The notes beneath the pieces are model-generated. The model was not told where the DNA came from, ran no database searches, and saw nothing but the letters and a program-made list of their open reading frames with translations. 64,000 nucleotides of DNA from Burkholderiaceae bacterium (GTDB lineage Bacteria > Pseudomonadota > Gammaproteobacteria > Burkholderiales > Burkholderiaceae_D). The translations under genes and the position numbers were made by a program. How positions within the stretch are numbered: the first letter of the stretch is position 1; each line of letters opens with the position of its first letter. This document shows, in pieces, positions 7,182-16,041 of the stretch. The DNA is taken from NCBI GenBank assembly GCA_036561005.1, contig DATBQE010000239.1, positions 885-64,884 on the forward strand, given 5' to 3'.

Positions 7182-9410
7182 TCACGCGCTCTCGGCAACG
7201 CCTGCTTCCGGCGCCTTTCTCAGATCCCTGACAATTTCGCCGTCAACCAGTTCGACAATCCTCTCGGCCGAGTGAATGGTTTCGGGCCGGTGCGCAACGA
7301 TGACCCTCGTCAGCGACAATGCGCCAATCGCCCGATTCACTTCCACCTCTCTCGTCACGTCAAGGTGACTCGTCGCTTCATCCAGAAACAGGATTTGCGG
7401 CCGCTTGTACAAGGCGCGTGCCAGCAATATTCTTTGCTTTTGCCCGCCCGACAGGCTATTGCCCATGTCGCCGATCAGGGTCTGGTACCCCATAGGCATC
7501 GATTTGATATCACCTGCAATCGCGGCCATCCTGGCGCATTCTTCTATGCGTTCCCGATCGGCCTGCAGATCGAAGAAGCAGATGTTGTCGGCGATGGAGC
7601 CGCTGAGCAGCTGGTCGTCCTGCATGACGGCGCCGATCAGCGCACGGTAATTTCGCTGGCCGAGCCGCGCCAGTGAAATGCCGCCGATCAAGACCTCGCC
7701 CTCGCTCGGCGACAGCAATCCCAGCAATAACTTGAGCAAGGTCGTCTTGCCGCAGCCGGAGGCGCCGACAAGCGCCAGCGATTCCCCCTGGCGGATGTGC
7801 AAGTTGAGATTTTTGATGATCCACGGCTCTTGCTCCGAATAGCGGAACGAGAGATTGCGCACTTCGATGCCGGTATCGCCGATCTCCTGCCGGGCCGGCG
7901 GAAGGACAGGAGAACCGGACACGCCTTGCGCCCCGTCCGTCTCCCGGCGCGCCCCTTCCTGCGGCGTCAGAACGATATCCGCCAGACGCTCACCTTGCAG
8001 CGACAGCATTTTCAATTCCTGCCACTTGTCGATCAATGAATAAATGCGGGTGGTGAACGTGATTTTGTAGGCGATGAAGGCATACAGCATACCGACCGAA
8101 AAGACGTTGCCCATCACCAGCAGCGCGCCCAGCCAGATGATGAGAATGTTTTCCGCGCCCGCGATCAAGGTTTGGCCTGCAGTAAACGCGAGTGTGATTT
8201 TTTGCGTAACGATGCTGCGGTTGACAGCCGCCGCGAGCGCATTAAGCCAGCGCGAGCGGCGTTCATCTTCATGATTGAACAGCTTGATCGTCTGGATACC
8301 GCGTATGGATTCCAAAAAAAGACTTTGTTCCCTTGCCTGCAGGCTGATCTGTTCCTCCGTGGCGCGCCGCAACGGCCGGTACATGACCCAGCGCAGCAAT
8401 CCATAAAGCGCAATCGAAAGAAGCACAATCATTGCCAACGACACGCTGTAGATGAACAGCATTGTCAGCGTGGTGACGGCCAACAGACCGTCGAGCAGGG
8501 CCTCGACAAAGCCGATGGAAAGCGTGTGTTGAATCGCCTGGATGGCATTGAAGCGCGAAACCACATCGCCCAGGTGCCGCTTCTCAAAATAATCCATGGG
8601 CAGTCGCAGCAGGTGCGTAAACACATTGCCGACCCATTGGAAATTGAGGTGGGTGCTCATGTACAGTACCGTCCAGGAGCGAAAAACCCCGAGCGCGGTC
8701 TGCACCAGCAGCAGCAATCCGAAACCCAGCGCCAGCATCGCCAGCAGGCTGCGGTCCGCAGATAGAATCGCCGAATCGACCACCCACTGCATGAAAAAAG
8801 GCGTCACCAGCGCAAATGCTTCCAGGGCCAATGCCAGCAGCAGGATTTGCCCGATCGAAGGAAGCAGGCCGACAACTCGCCCGACCATTTCACTCAAGTG
8901 CAAGCGCTGCTTTTCCTGCTTGCGCTGAAAACCCGGCGTGGGGGTCAGTTCCAAGGCAATGCCGGTGAAACAGCGCGATACTTCTTCGAGCGCAATATCC
9001 AGCAAGCCTTTACCCGGGTCATGTATGAGGACGCCGGATACGGCGCCGGTGCGGGTCAAGACGACCTTTTTCAGGACCACGAAATGATTCATGTTCCAAT
9101 GCAGCACGCAAGGCGTGGCGACATGCTGCAACTCGTCAAGTTCGATGCGGATAGGGCGCGCCGCCATGTCCAATGCCGAGGCGATCTCAATCACGCTTTT
9201 TAGCGTGGCGCCGCGCAGGCTCAGGGCAAAACGCTGCCGCAAGCTGAGCAAATCCGTTTCATAGCCATGGTAGCCGGCAATCATTGCCAGGCAGGCCAAT
9301 CCGCATTCAGCCGCCTCGCTTTGCAGGATCATTGGCAATTTCCTGCCGAACCCGAAGTGCAATTTGCCGTGACTCAAAGACTGAAGCAAACTGTTGTGAT
9401 CACTGGCCAC
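7182..9410 (-). CDS. peptidase-C39-domain bacteriocin/microcin ABC exporter (PCAT, CvaB-like)
   Basis: 742-aa ORF with a GTG start. The N-terminal QSEAAECGLACLAMIAGYHG and HWNMNHFVVL are C39 Cys/His motifs, close to CvaB QTETAECGLACLAMICGHFG. It has six TM segments, Walker A GASGCGKTT, signature LSGGQKQR and Walker B ILFLDEATS. Confidence 0.9.
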   Translation of the reverse strand: MASDHNSLLQSLSHGKLHFGFGRKLPMILQSEAAECGLACLAMIAGYHGYETDLLSLRQRFALSLRGATLKSVIEIASALDMAARPIRIELDELQHVATPCVLHWNMNHFVVLKKVVLTRTGAVSGVLIHDPGKGLLDIALEEVSRCFTGIALELTPTPGFQRKQEKQRLHLSEMVGRVVGLLPSIGQILLLALALEAFALVTPFFMQWVVDSAILSADRSLLAMLALGFGLLLLVQTALGVFRSWTVLYMSTHLNFQWVGNVFTHLLRLPMDYFEKRHLGDVVSRFNAIQAIQHTLSIGFVEALLDGLLAVTTLTMLFIYSVSLAMIVLLSIALYGLLRWVMYRPLRRATEEQISLQAREQSLFLESIRGIQTIKLFNHEDERRSRWLNALAAAVNRSIVTQKITLAFTAGQTLIAGAENILIIWLGALLVMGNVFSVGMLYAFIAYKITFTTRIYSLIDKWQELKMLSLQGERLADIVLTPQEGARRETDGAQGVSGSPVLPPARQEIGDTGIEVRNLSFRYSEQEPWIIKNLNLHIRQGESLALVGASGCGKTTLLKLLLGLLSPSEGEVLIGGISLARLGQRNYRALIGAVMQDDQLLSGSIADNICFFDLQADRERIEECARMAAIAGDIKSMPMGYQTLIGDMGNSLSGGQKQRILLARALYKRPQILFLDEATSHLDVTREVEVNRAIGALSLTRVIVAHRPETIHSAERIVELVDGEIVRDLRKAPEAGVAESA

Positions 9411-10701
9411 TAAGCTTGCCTTTCAAACTGTACAGAGGTTCGAATACCCACTCCAGCAAAGAGCGACGGTCTTGCAGGATATCGGCGTCGAGATGCATGC
9501 CCGCCGTCAGCCCCTGCGCTTTGCCATAGGCGGTGACGGTTTGCTTGTTCAGTGCGACTCTTACCCGGTACATGCCATCGTTGTTCGCTGCGTCTGCCAG
9601 GCCGGCAGGAATGTCGCCGGGGGCCAGCGCCGTGCGCGATACGTCTTGCACCACGCCCTGGTATTGACCGAATTTCTGGTAGGGATAGGCCGCAAAGCGG
9701 ATCGATACTTTCTGCCCGGACTCGATAAAGCCGACGGCGCGACTTGGCACATACAGTTGCGCCTCCAGGTTGGCGTTCGCCGGCAAAATGGTCAGCAGCG
9801 TCTGGTTCCCGGCCATTTGGCCGGGATCGGCGAGGATTGCCGTCACGGTGCCGGCCTGCGGCGCGGTCAGATAGAACTGCCGATGTGCCTGCGTGCTGAC
9901 GGTTTGTTCCTCCAATTCCTGGGATTGACGTTCCAGCTGATTTTGGTCGCGCTGGTTTTTGCTGGGCAACGTGGCCAGCTCGCCTTGCGCGTTGCTCAAA
10001 TCGCGGGCCACGCCAAGACGACTGCGCTGCAAGACCTGCAGGCGACTTTGCTGATCCAGCATCTCGTCTTGTTTCTGCTGCAGTGCGATCGGTGAAATGA
10101 AATTCTTTTCGGCCAGTTGCTGATGACGCTGGAGCTGCGCCTGTGCCGAGGAAAGCCGCGATTGTTGCGTCGCAATTTCCTGGTCCAACTGAAGCAACTC
10201 TGCCTGCAGGCTTGCAATGCTGCGCGAAAGTTGCTCGGCCTGCTTGCCGGCGATATCGTTTTGATGCGCGCGCTCGTCCTGCAGGCTTTGCTGCCGCGCT
10301 CTGAGGCTGGCGAGGACGGCGGCGCTGCTGTCGATGCCCTTGGCGCCGGCCGTTTCGGAAACCGGCGCGAGTTTCAAATCGGTGGACAACGCAAACAACA
10401 CATCACCGGCTTGCACAACCTGGCCCTCTTTGACGCGCCGCTCCAGGATCACGCCGACCTGCGACGACTGGATTTTGATCAACCCGGCATCGGGTGTCAG
10501 CAAACCAATCGCCTGGGTGCGTTTGGTATATTGAGCCAGGCAGAGAAACATCAGCAATGTACCGGTGCTGATGAGTGCAAAAAGGGTGAGAAAACGGAAA
10601 GATGGCGGGCGTATCAGGACAATTTGCCCCAGCCATTGGTGCTGCTTTGCCTGCTGGACTTCTGCGCGAAAAAGCGGCGGCGGACTTGCGGCACTACTCA
10701 T
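9400..10701 (-). CDS. HlyD-family membrane fusion/secretion adaptor (CvaA-like)
   Basis: Single N-terminal TM (FRFLTLFALISTGTLLMFLCLA), a long Gln/Leu-rich coiled coil, and a C-terminal beta-barrel part. It overlaps the ABC gene start by 11 nt. I prefer the ATG at 10701 (MSSAAS...) over the TTG at 10713 used by the track. Confidence 0.85.
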   Translation of the reverse strand: MSSAASPPPLFRAEVQQAKQHQWLGQIVLIRPPSFRFLTLFALISTGTLLMFLCLAQYTKRTQAIGLLTPDAGLIKIQSSQVGVILERRVKEGQVVQAGDVLFALSTDLKLAPVSETAGAKGIDSSAAVLASLRARQQSLQDERAHQNDIAGKQAEQLSRSIASLQAELLQLDQEIATQQSRLSSAQAQLQRHQQLAEKNFISPIALQQKQDEMLDQQSRLQVLQRSRLGVARDLSNAQGELATLPSKNQRDQNQLERQSQELEEQTVSTQAHRQFYLTAPQAGTVTAILADPGQMAGNQTLLTILPANANLEAQLYVPSRAVGFIESGQKVSIRFAAYPYQKFGQYQGVVQDVSRTALAPGDIPAGLADAANNDGMYRVRVALNKQTVTAYGKAQGLTAGMHLDADILQDRRSLLEWVFEPLYSLKGKLSGQ

Positions 10702-10713
10702 CCAATATTCCAA

Positions 10714-10860
10714 GTCAAGTTAAATAAGTACCTTTTTTGATATACTAATCGATAACAAATGAAGTGAAGCAACTTATTACTCTTTAATTAAAAAAACAAA
10801 ACAAAACATCAATTTAGTGAATAAATTCAAATTAAGTTCTGAGTTTTTAATTCAGCCAAG
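10714..10860. promoter_or_regulatory. very AT-rich upstream region (probable promoter region of the export/RiPP operon)
   Basis: My direct count for 10741-10800 is 13 G+C in 60 nt, a sharp contrast with the surrounding GC-rich DNA. It lies immediately upstream of the first gene of the minus-strand operon. I could not place exact -35/-10 hexamers with confidence. Confidence 0.35.
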
Positions 10861-10988
10861 AATATCGTTCATATTTTGATGGCATATTTTCGCCCGGTCG
10901 TTGACGGCCCTACCCTTGACTGAGGCAATTGCACACACCCGCATTCTGGCGCGGCCTTCAGGGCAACGATGCGGCAGGCGATTGAACG

Positions 10989-11105
10989 CTAACTGGAATT
11001 GGGGCAATCTCGCGGCGTAAGCTGATGGACCAGCGACGTCGGATGCTCGCTGATGCGCTGCAAGACATCCCACACGCATAACCCGGTGCGAGGCTTTTGC
11101 GATGC
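10989..11105 (-). mobile_element. IS66-family transposase C-terminal remnant (degenerate)
   Basis: The minus-strand frame reads ...ASQKPRTGLCVWDVLQRISEHPTSLVHQLTPRDCPNSS*. DVLxRIxEHP followed by xxxxLxP resembles the conserved IS66 Tnp C-terminus (..WL.DVL.RI.EHP..RIDELLPWNW) as I remember it. Upstream the frame is broken by stops, so only a fragment remains. Confidence 0.35.
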
Positions 11106-11438
11106 GCGCGGATGGTGGGGCAACCTGGAAATTGGACACGTCTTGTCAAGCATGTGACCGCGCGCAGCTGAAGCTTTCGTGTCTGCGCACTATTCCAGCC
11201 TGCTTGACGCTTGTTTGCCCGCCTCCACGGCGTGCGTTGCGTGTCTGTCGGCCGAGGCATCCATGACATTGCATATTGCCCCAAACGCCGGAAAAATTCC
11301 CCTGCTCCATAGCCGTACAGTTGCCGTAAAAATCGGCGCGCTTGTGAAGGTGCCCGCCACCCAGCCTCGCTTGCCTCTATGACGCTGCTCTGCCACTGCC
11401 GCCTGGCTCCAGCCCCCCTTGCAAGAACCTGTTCGCGA

Positions 11439-12314
11439 TCACGCAATCCTATCGAGCGCGCTCACATCTTCAGCGGAAAGCACAATCGATTGCGCTGCAA
11501 GGTTTTGCCGCAAGTGAGCGAGCGACGATGTGCCCGGGATAAGCAGGATATTCGGCGCGCGCTGCAAAAGCCAGGCGAGCGCCGCCTGCATGGGTGTGAT
11601 GCCGTTGCGAGCGGCAACGGACGACAGGCTTGACGATTGCAGCGGCGTAAAGCCGCCAAGTGGAAAATAAGGCACATAGGCCGTGCCGTCGCGGGCAAGA
11701 TCGGTGATCAGCGCATCGTCGCTGCGGTGCGCGAGATTGTAGTGGTTCTGCACGCAGACAATCGGGGCGATGCGCCGCCCTTCCTCGATCTGCGCCCGCG
11801 TCACGTTGCTTAAACCAATGTGGCGCACCAGACCCTGCCGTTGCAGTTCCGCCAGAACCGTGAGCGGCGCTTCCAGCGAACCTTCTGCCGGATGGTGCGG
11901 GTTAATCATGCTGCGCAGGTTGACCACATCGAGAACATCACGCCCCAGATTGCGCAGATTGTCGTGCACTGCCTGCGTCAATTCCTCGCGCGACAATGCG
12001 GCAAGCCACGATCCATCCGCGCCGCGGCGCGCGCCGATCTTGCTGACGATGACGAGGCCATCGCGGTACGGATGCAGCGCTTCTCGAATGATCTGATTGG
12101 TCACGTGCGGGCCATAGAAATCGCTGGTGTCGATATGATTGACGCCGCATTCGACCGCTTCGCGCAGCACCGCCAGCGCCGCATCGCGGTCCCTGGGCGG
12201 CCCGAATACGCCGGGGCCGGCAAGCTGCATCGCGCCGTAGCCGAGGCGGTTCACATGAAAGGCGCCGAGTTTGAAGGTGGCGGAATTTGCGGCGGGATTG
12301 TTGGCATGGGTCAT
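11439..12314 (-). CDS. aldo/keto reductase family oxidoreductase
   Basis: 291-aa ORF. GYGAMQLAGPGVFGP, GVNHIDTSDFYGP, HIGLSNV and IPGTSSLAHLRQN are typical AKR motifs. Confidence 0.85.
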   Translation of the reverse strand: MTHANNPAANSATFKLGAFHVNRLGYGAMQLAGPGVFGPPRDRDAALAVLREAVECGVNHIDTSDFYGPHVTNQIIREALHPYRDGLVIVSKIGARRGADGSWLAALSREELTQAVHDNLRNLGRDVLDVVNLRSMINPHHPAEGSLEAPLTVLAELQRQGLVRHIGLSNVTRAQIEEGRRIAPIVCVQNHYNLAHRSDDALITDLARDGTAYVPYFPLGGFTPLQSSSLSSVAARNGITPMQAALAWLLQRAPNILLIPGTSSLAHLRQNLAAQSIVLSAEDVSALDRIA

Positions 12315-12375
12315 GATTGGCTCTCCTGTAGGAATGCGTGCATCTTAGGCCTCCGTCTATCGTTCGACAATCACG

Positions 12376-12399
12376 TATAATTTGCACGGGTTGTACAAA
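12376..12399 (+). promoter_or_regulatory. candidate -10 box (TATAAT) and LysR-type imperfect palindrome
   Basis: TATAAT at 12376-12381. TTTGCAC-GGGTT-GTACAAA at 12381-12399 is an imperfect inverted repeat in the AKR/LysR divergent intergenic region, just upstream of the LysR ATG. Confidence 0.3.
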
Positions 12400-12409
12400 A
12401 ATATGCACA

Positions 12410-13375
12410 ATGGACATTGATCTTGCCGATTTGGACGCCTTCGTCGCGGTAGCGCGCGCCAAGGGATTTCGCGACGCCGCGCGGGCACGGGGCGGCAGCG
12501 CCTCCGGTCTCAGCGAAGCCGTGCGCCGCCTCGAAACCCGGCTCGGCGTGCGGCTGTTGAACCGCACAACGCGCAGTGTCGTGCCGACCGAAGCCGGGCA
12601 ACGCCTGCTGGAGCGGCTGGGACCGGCCATGCACGAAGTGGCGGCCTCGCTCGATGTGATCAATGCGTTTCGCGATAGCCCGGCAGGAACGCTGCGCCTC
12701 AACGTGCCGATCAGCGCCGCGCGCATCGTGCTGCCGGCTATCGTGCCGCCCTTCCTCGCTGCCTATCCGGACATCAAACTCGAAGTGATGGCCGATGACA
12801 CGTTCGTGGACGTGCTTGCCGCCGGATGCGATGCAGGCATTCGTTTTGAAGAACATCTGGAACAGGACATGATCGCCATCCCCATCGGCCCGCGTTCCCA
12901 GCGTTTTGCCACGGCCGCGTCGCCCGCCTACCTGGACCGGCGCGGCCGCCCGCAGCACCCGAGCGAGCTACTCAATCATGCCTGCCTGCGTGGACGCTTC
13001 ACCAGCGGTGCCATGCCACCCTGGGAATTCGAGCGCGCCGGCGAAATTGTCCGCGTCAATCCCACCGGCCCGCTGCTTGTTCAAATCGGCGCGGCGGCCG
13101 ATCTCAAAGTCGAAGCGGCCATTGCCGGCACCGGCGTCATTCAACTGTTCGAAGCATGGTTGCGCCCCTACCTCGATAGCGGCGCACTCGAACCCGTACT
13201 CGAACCATGGTGGACAAGTTTTCCCGGCACCTTTCTTTATTACCCCGGACGACGTCTGGTCCCAGCGCCGCTGCGCGCCTTCATCGATTTCATCAAGGCG
13301 CCGGCATCGCTTGCGCCGCCATCACCATCGAACCAAAAACGCGCTACGCGCCGGCCCGCAAAGCCGAAAGCTTGA
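12410..13375 (+). CDS. LysR-family transcriptional regulator
   Basis: Met25 of track ORF 12338..13375. The N-terminal MDIDLADLDAFVAVARAKGFRDAARARGGSASGLSEAVRRLE is a LysR wHTH. It is divergent from the AKR gene. Confidence 0.85.
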   Translation: MDIDLADLDAFVAVARAKGFRDAARARGGSASGLSEAVRRLETRLGVRLLNRTTRSVVPTEAGQRLLERLGPAMHEVAASLDVINAFRDSPAGTLRLNVPISAARIVLPAIVPPFLAAYPDIKLEVMADDTFVDVLAAGCDAGIRFEEHLEQDMIAIPIGPRSQRFATAASPAYLDRRGRPQHPSELLNHACLRGRFTSGAMPPWEFERAGEIVRVNPTGPLLVQIGAAADLKVEAAIAGTGVIQLFEAWLRPYLDSGALEPVLEPWWTSFPGTFLYYPGRRLVPAPLRAFIDFIKAPASLAPPSPSNQKRATRRPAKPKA

Positions 13376-13434
13376 AGAGGATAGGCGCAACGGGGCGGGA
13401 TTGGGGTTGGACAGCACGCGCGTCCTGCACACGT

Positions 13435-14067
13435 TCAATGGGAGCGCACGCGACATTCGGAGCCATACGCAACCTCATACGGCTTGTCGAAACACTGCAA
13501 CAACCCATCGACAACATCGATATTCGGCGGCCAAAGAAACTTCATCATCCGGCCATTATCCAAGTGTACTTCCATGTAGCCATCCTTGACAGGTGGCAAA
13601 CCGTCGCCAATCGGCGGTTCGACTGCGGCAAGCTTTGCCCGCGCCTGTTCCAGTGCAGAACGGTCCTTATGTAGATATGCGATGGTCGCATCGACATACT
13701 GGTTCCAGCCCGCCCGATCAGCGTCGGCCGGCTTGCGCGACCGCTCCATTAAGACAATGGCGGATGCGGACTGGCCTGCAAGCGCCCGCAGTTGCCCCTC
13801 GTGCCAATAAAGTATCCCTGCTGCGTTTCCATGCGCTTGCCGGTAGTCACGCAGCAAATCGGCTGCCACGAGGTCGCATCCAGGCTTGGAGGCCAGGGTG
13901 CGCCAGCCCCCCGCATCATCCTGGTCGAAGTGGTATTCATCAAGGCCAAGCAAGCGGCTGCTATCGTATTCGCAGCTCGCAGGCAGCGAGTCCTTCGGCG
14001 CGCTCGGGGTGCCGCACGATGCCATCAGAAGGCAGAGGACAAGAATGAGAGAACGGCGGATTGTCAT
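13435..14067 (-). CDS. hypothetical lipoprotein
   Basis: Met25 of track ORF 13435..14139. MTIRRSLILVLCLLMASCG contains a lipobox (LMAS-C). Confidence 0.6.
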   Translation of the reverse strand: MTIRRSLILVLCLLMASCGTPSAPKDSLPASCEYDSSRLLGLDEYHFDQDDAGGWRTLASKPGCDLVAADLLRDYRQAHGNAAGILYWHEGQLRALAGQSASAIVLMERSRKPADADRAGWNQYVDATIAYLHKDRSALEQARAKLAAVEPPIGDGLPPVKDGYMEVHLDNGRMMKFLWPPNIDVVDGLLQCFDKPYEVAYGSECRVRSH

Positions 14068-14129
14068 GCGGGCCTTCGGGCGAATTCTGGAACAGGGGCC
14101 GAGCGGGAAATGGCAATACCAGGTTGACG

Positions 14130-14552
14130 CTAAGCCCAATGCTCCATGTCAACAGGCACGCTCACCCACGAATGCATGCGATCCTCATAGACCGAGACCG
14201 TCGGTGCCGGGAAGGTCGAATCTGCGAACACGCCGATGGGGATGGCAATGCTGTCTTCGTTTGCTTCATTGACGTAGTACACCGTCACGCCGCACACCGG
14301 GCAGAAAGTGAATCTGCCCCTTCCGCCTTCGTCGCCTACGCGCACATACTCGGTGCCCGTTCCGCTGATCTCGACTGCTTCGCGCGGAAACCTGGCCTGG
14401 TTGGCAAATACGCTGCCTGTTCTGCGCTGACATGCGTAGCAATGGCAGACGGATATGCGAATCGGGTCGCCCGATACTTTGGCAGTGAGCCGGCCGCAAC
14501 TGCAAGATGCGATTCGAAGTGTCATGGTCGTGTCAAAAAAAGAGTTGTCCAA
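14130..14552 (-). CDS. GFA (glutathione-dependent formaldehyde-activating/CENP-V) family protein
   Basis: 140-aa ORF. CSCGRLTAKV...CHCYACQRRTGS...FCPVCG is the zinc-binding Cys pattern of GFA-family proteins. Confidence 0.75.
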   Translation of the reverse strand: MDNSFFDTTMTLRIASCSCGRLTAKVSGDPIRISVCHCYACQRRTGSVFANQARFPREAVEISGTGTEYVRVGDEGGRGRFTFCPVCGVTVYYVNEANEDSIAIPIGVFADSTFPAPTVSVYEDRMHSWVSVPVDMEHWA

Positions 14553-14782
14553 TGTCTACTTGCCGGCCTGCCCCGCCAACGGTGCCTGGGCGGTTCAGTG
14601 TCATGTCCACAACACCGCGGACACTGCACCGGCACAAATTGTGTACCATTGTCACTTTAACATCCGGCGCAGTATCGGGCAACCTGGCGCAAGGCCGAAG
14701 CCGGCACAGTACGACTGACGATCTTCAGCCGGCGGGCAGTGAATTAAATTTGCGATAAACGCACACTATAGGGAGCGCGAAG

Positions 14783-15247
14783 ATGGGGATACGAGCAAGT
14801 GTGGTGTTGTGCCTGGGCGTGCTCTGCATGGCTGGTGCGGGTGAATTTGCGTCTGCCGAGCCGGCGGGGCACATTACCGGCGTCGGCGGCGTGTTCTTCA
14901 AGGCCAAGGACCCCAAGGCGCTGGCCGCGTGGTATCGCGATGTGCTGGGCCTGCCGCTCGAAGCATGGGGTGGCGCGATGCTGCGCTACGACGCGCCGCA
15001 GCATCCGCCCGTGCTGACCTGGAGTGCGTTTCCTGCAACGAGCAAATATTTTGCGCCGTCGACCGGTGATTTCATGATCAACTATGCGGTCGACGATATG
15101 GATGCGTTCCTCGCGCGTCTGCGTGCGAAAGACGTCGCTGTTCTCAAGCGCGACGACGAAGAGCCAAATGGCCGCTTCGCCTGGATTCTGGATCCGGAGG
15201 GGAACAAGATCGAACTATGGGAACCGAAACGCACCGCAACACCCTAG
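14783..15247 (+). CDS. VOC/glyoxalase-family protein with signal peptide
   Basis: 154-aa ORF. After the signal-like MGIRASVVLCLGVLCMAGAG comes VGGVFFKAKDPKALAAWYRDVLGL ... FAWILDPEGNKIELWEP, which is typical of the glyoxalase/bleomycin-resistance fold. Confidence 0.75.
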   Translation: MGIRASVVLCLGVLCMAGAGEFASAEPAGHITGVGGVFFKAKDPKALAAWYRDVLGLPLEAWGGAMLRYDAPQHPPVLTWSAFPATSKYFAPSTGDFMINYAVDDMDAFLARLRAKDVAVLKRDDEEPNGRFAWILDPEGNKIELWEPKRTATP

Positions 15248-15290
15248 AAGCCGTGCCGCCGCCCTGCACGCAGCAAGGCGGCAATGCGCG

Positions 15291-15680
15291 CTAACGCAAT
15301 GAAGGGTTAATCGACAGCGCCCGCGATTGCGTTTCCGCCAGCAGGCCGTGCGCGGCGAGGTGGAACATGTCGCCGTCTTCCGGGTGCATGGCGAAATAGG
15401 GCAGGCGATCGGTGTCTTCCACGCTGTCGCGCTCGAACACCGCCCGTGCGCCATTGGGCCGTATGGTGATTCTTTCCAGCTGCCGCGCGCGGCAATCGCA
15501 AACGGACACGTCGAGCTGCAGAATCCCGCCGTCGGTCGGCATCATGTCGGCGCGTTCCATGCAGGCGCGCGCTGCAGCAGCGAGCGCATGGGCCTCGGAC
15601 TCGGCATCAAAATTGAAGGCGATGTCGGAACGGCAGCCCTGATTGGTCAGAAGTCGAATTAATATTTTGAAATTGTCCAT
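15291..15680 (-). CDS. hypothetical protein
   Basis: 129-aa ORF with protein-like composition. No Shine-Dalgarno sequence seen and no family recognised. Confidence 0.4.
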   Translation of the reverse strand: MDNFKILIRLLTNQGCRSDIAFNFDAESEAHALAAAARACMERADMMPTDGGILQLDVSVCDCRARQLERITIRPNGARAVFERDSVEDTDRLPYFAMHPEDGDMFHLAAHGLLAETQSRALSINPSLR

Positions 15681-15940
15681 TGTAGTTATCTTATTTTGAA
15701 TTATTTCAGGCTTAAAGTAATTCTTACTTCATGGAAACCATGTTGCCATAGCAAACGCGTGACAACAAGATACCACCTGAGACATTTCGTCGATAAACAA
15801 CAGTGCAACCCAATACCAGTTGCGATAATTTGCACTCTGTCACATTCGCCGGCCGTTGTGAAAAAACGCTACACGAATACACGTAACGGCCGACAACACC
15901 TTTATTGCCGTCACAGACCTAATGATGTGGCCCGCTATAC

Positions 15941-15967
15941 AAGTCCGGCAAGTCCGGCAAGTCTGGC
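15941..15967. repeat. 9-bp tandem repeat x3 (AAGTCCGGC AAGTCCGGC AAGTCTGGC)
   Basis: Read directly in the intergenic DNA downstream of the PBP-like gene. Confidence 0.8.
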
Positions 15968-16041
15968 ATGAACGCCAAGGACCTGACGAGGCGAAGACAG
16001 GGCCACCGCTTGCCCCTTGCCCTCGCTCCACCCATCCCGGG

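Noticed and set aside
7020-7676. 218-aa plus-strand ORF overlapping the precursor start and the ABC gene
   Set aside because: It is antisense to the ABC ATPase domain, which has clear Walker and signature motifs. It has a TTG start and implausible composition.
10958-11446. 162-aa minus-strand ORF (also 10852..11139)
   Set aside because: No motifs, Arg-rich composition. The region is better explained as decayed DNA containing an IS66-like tail in another frame.
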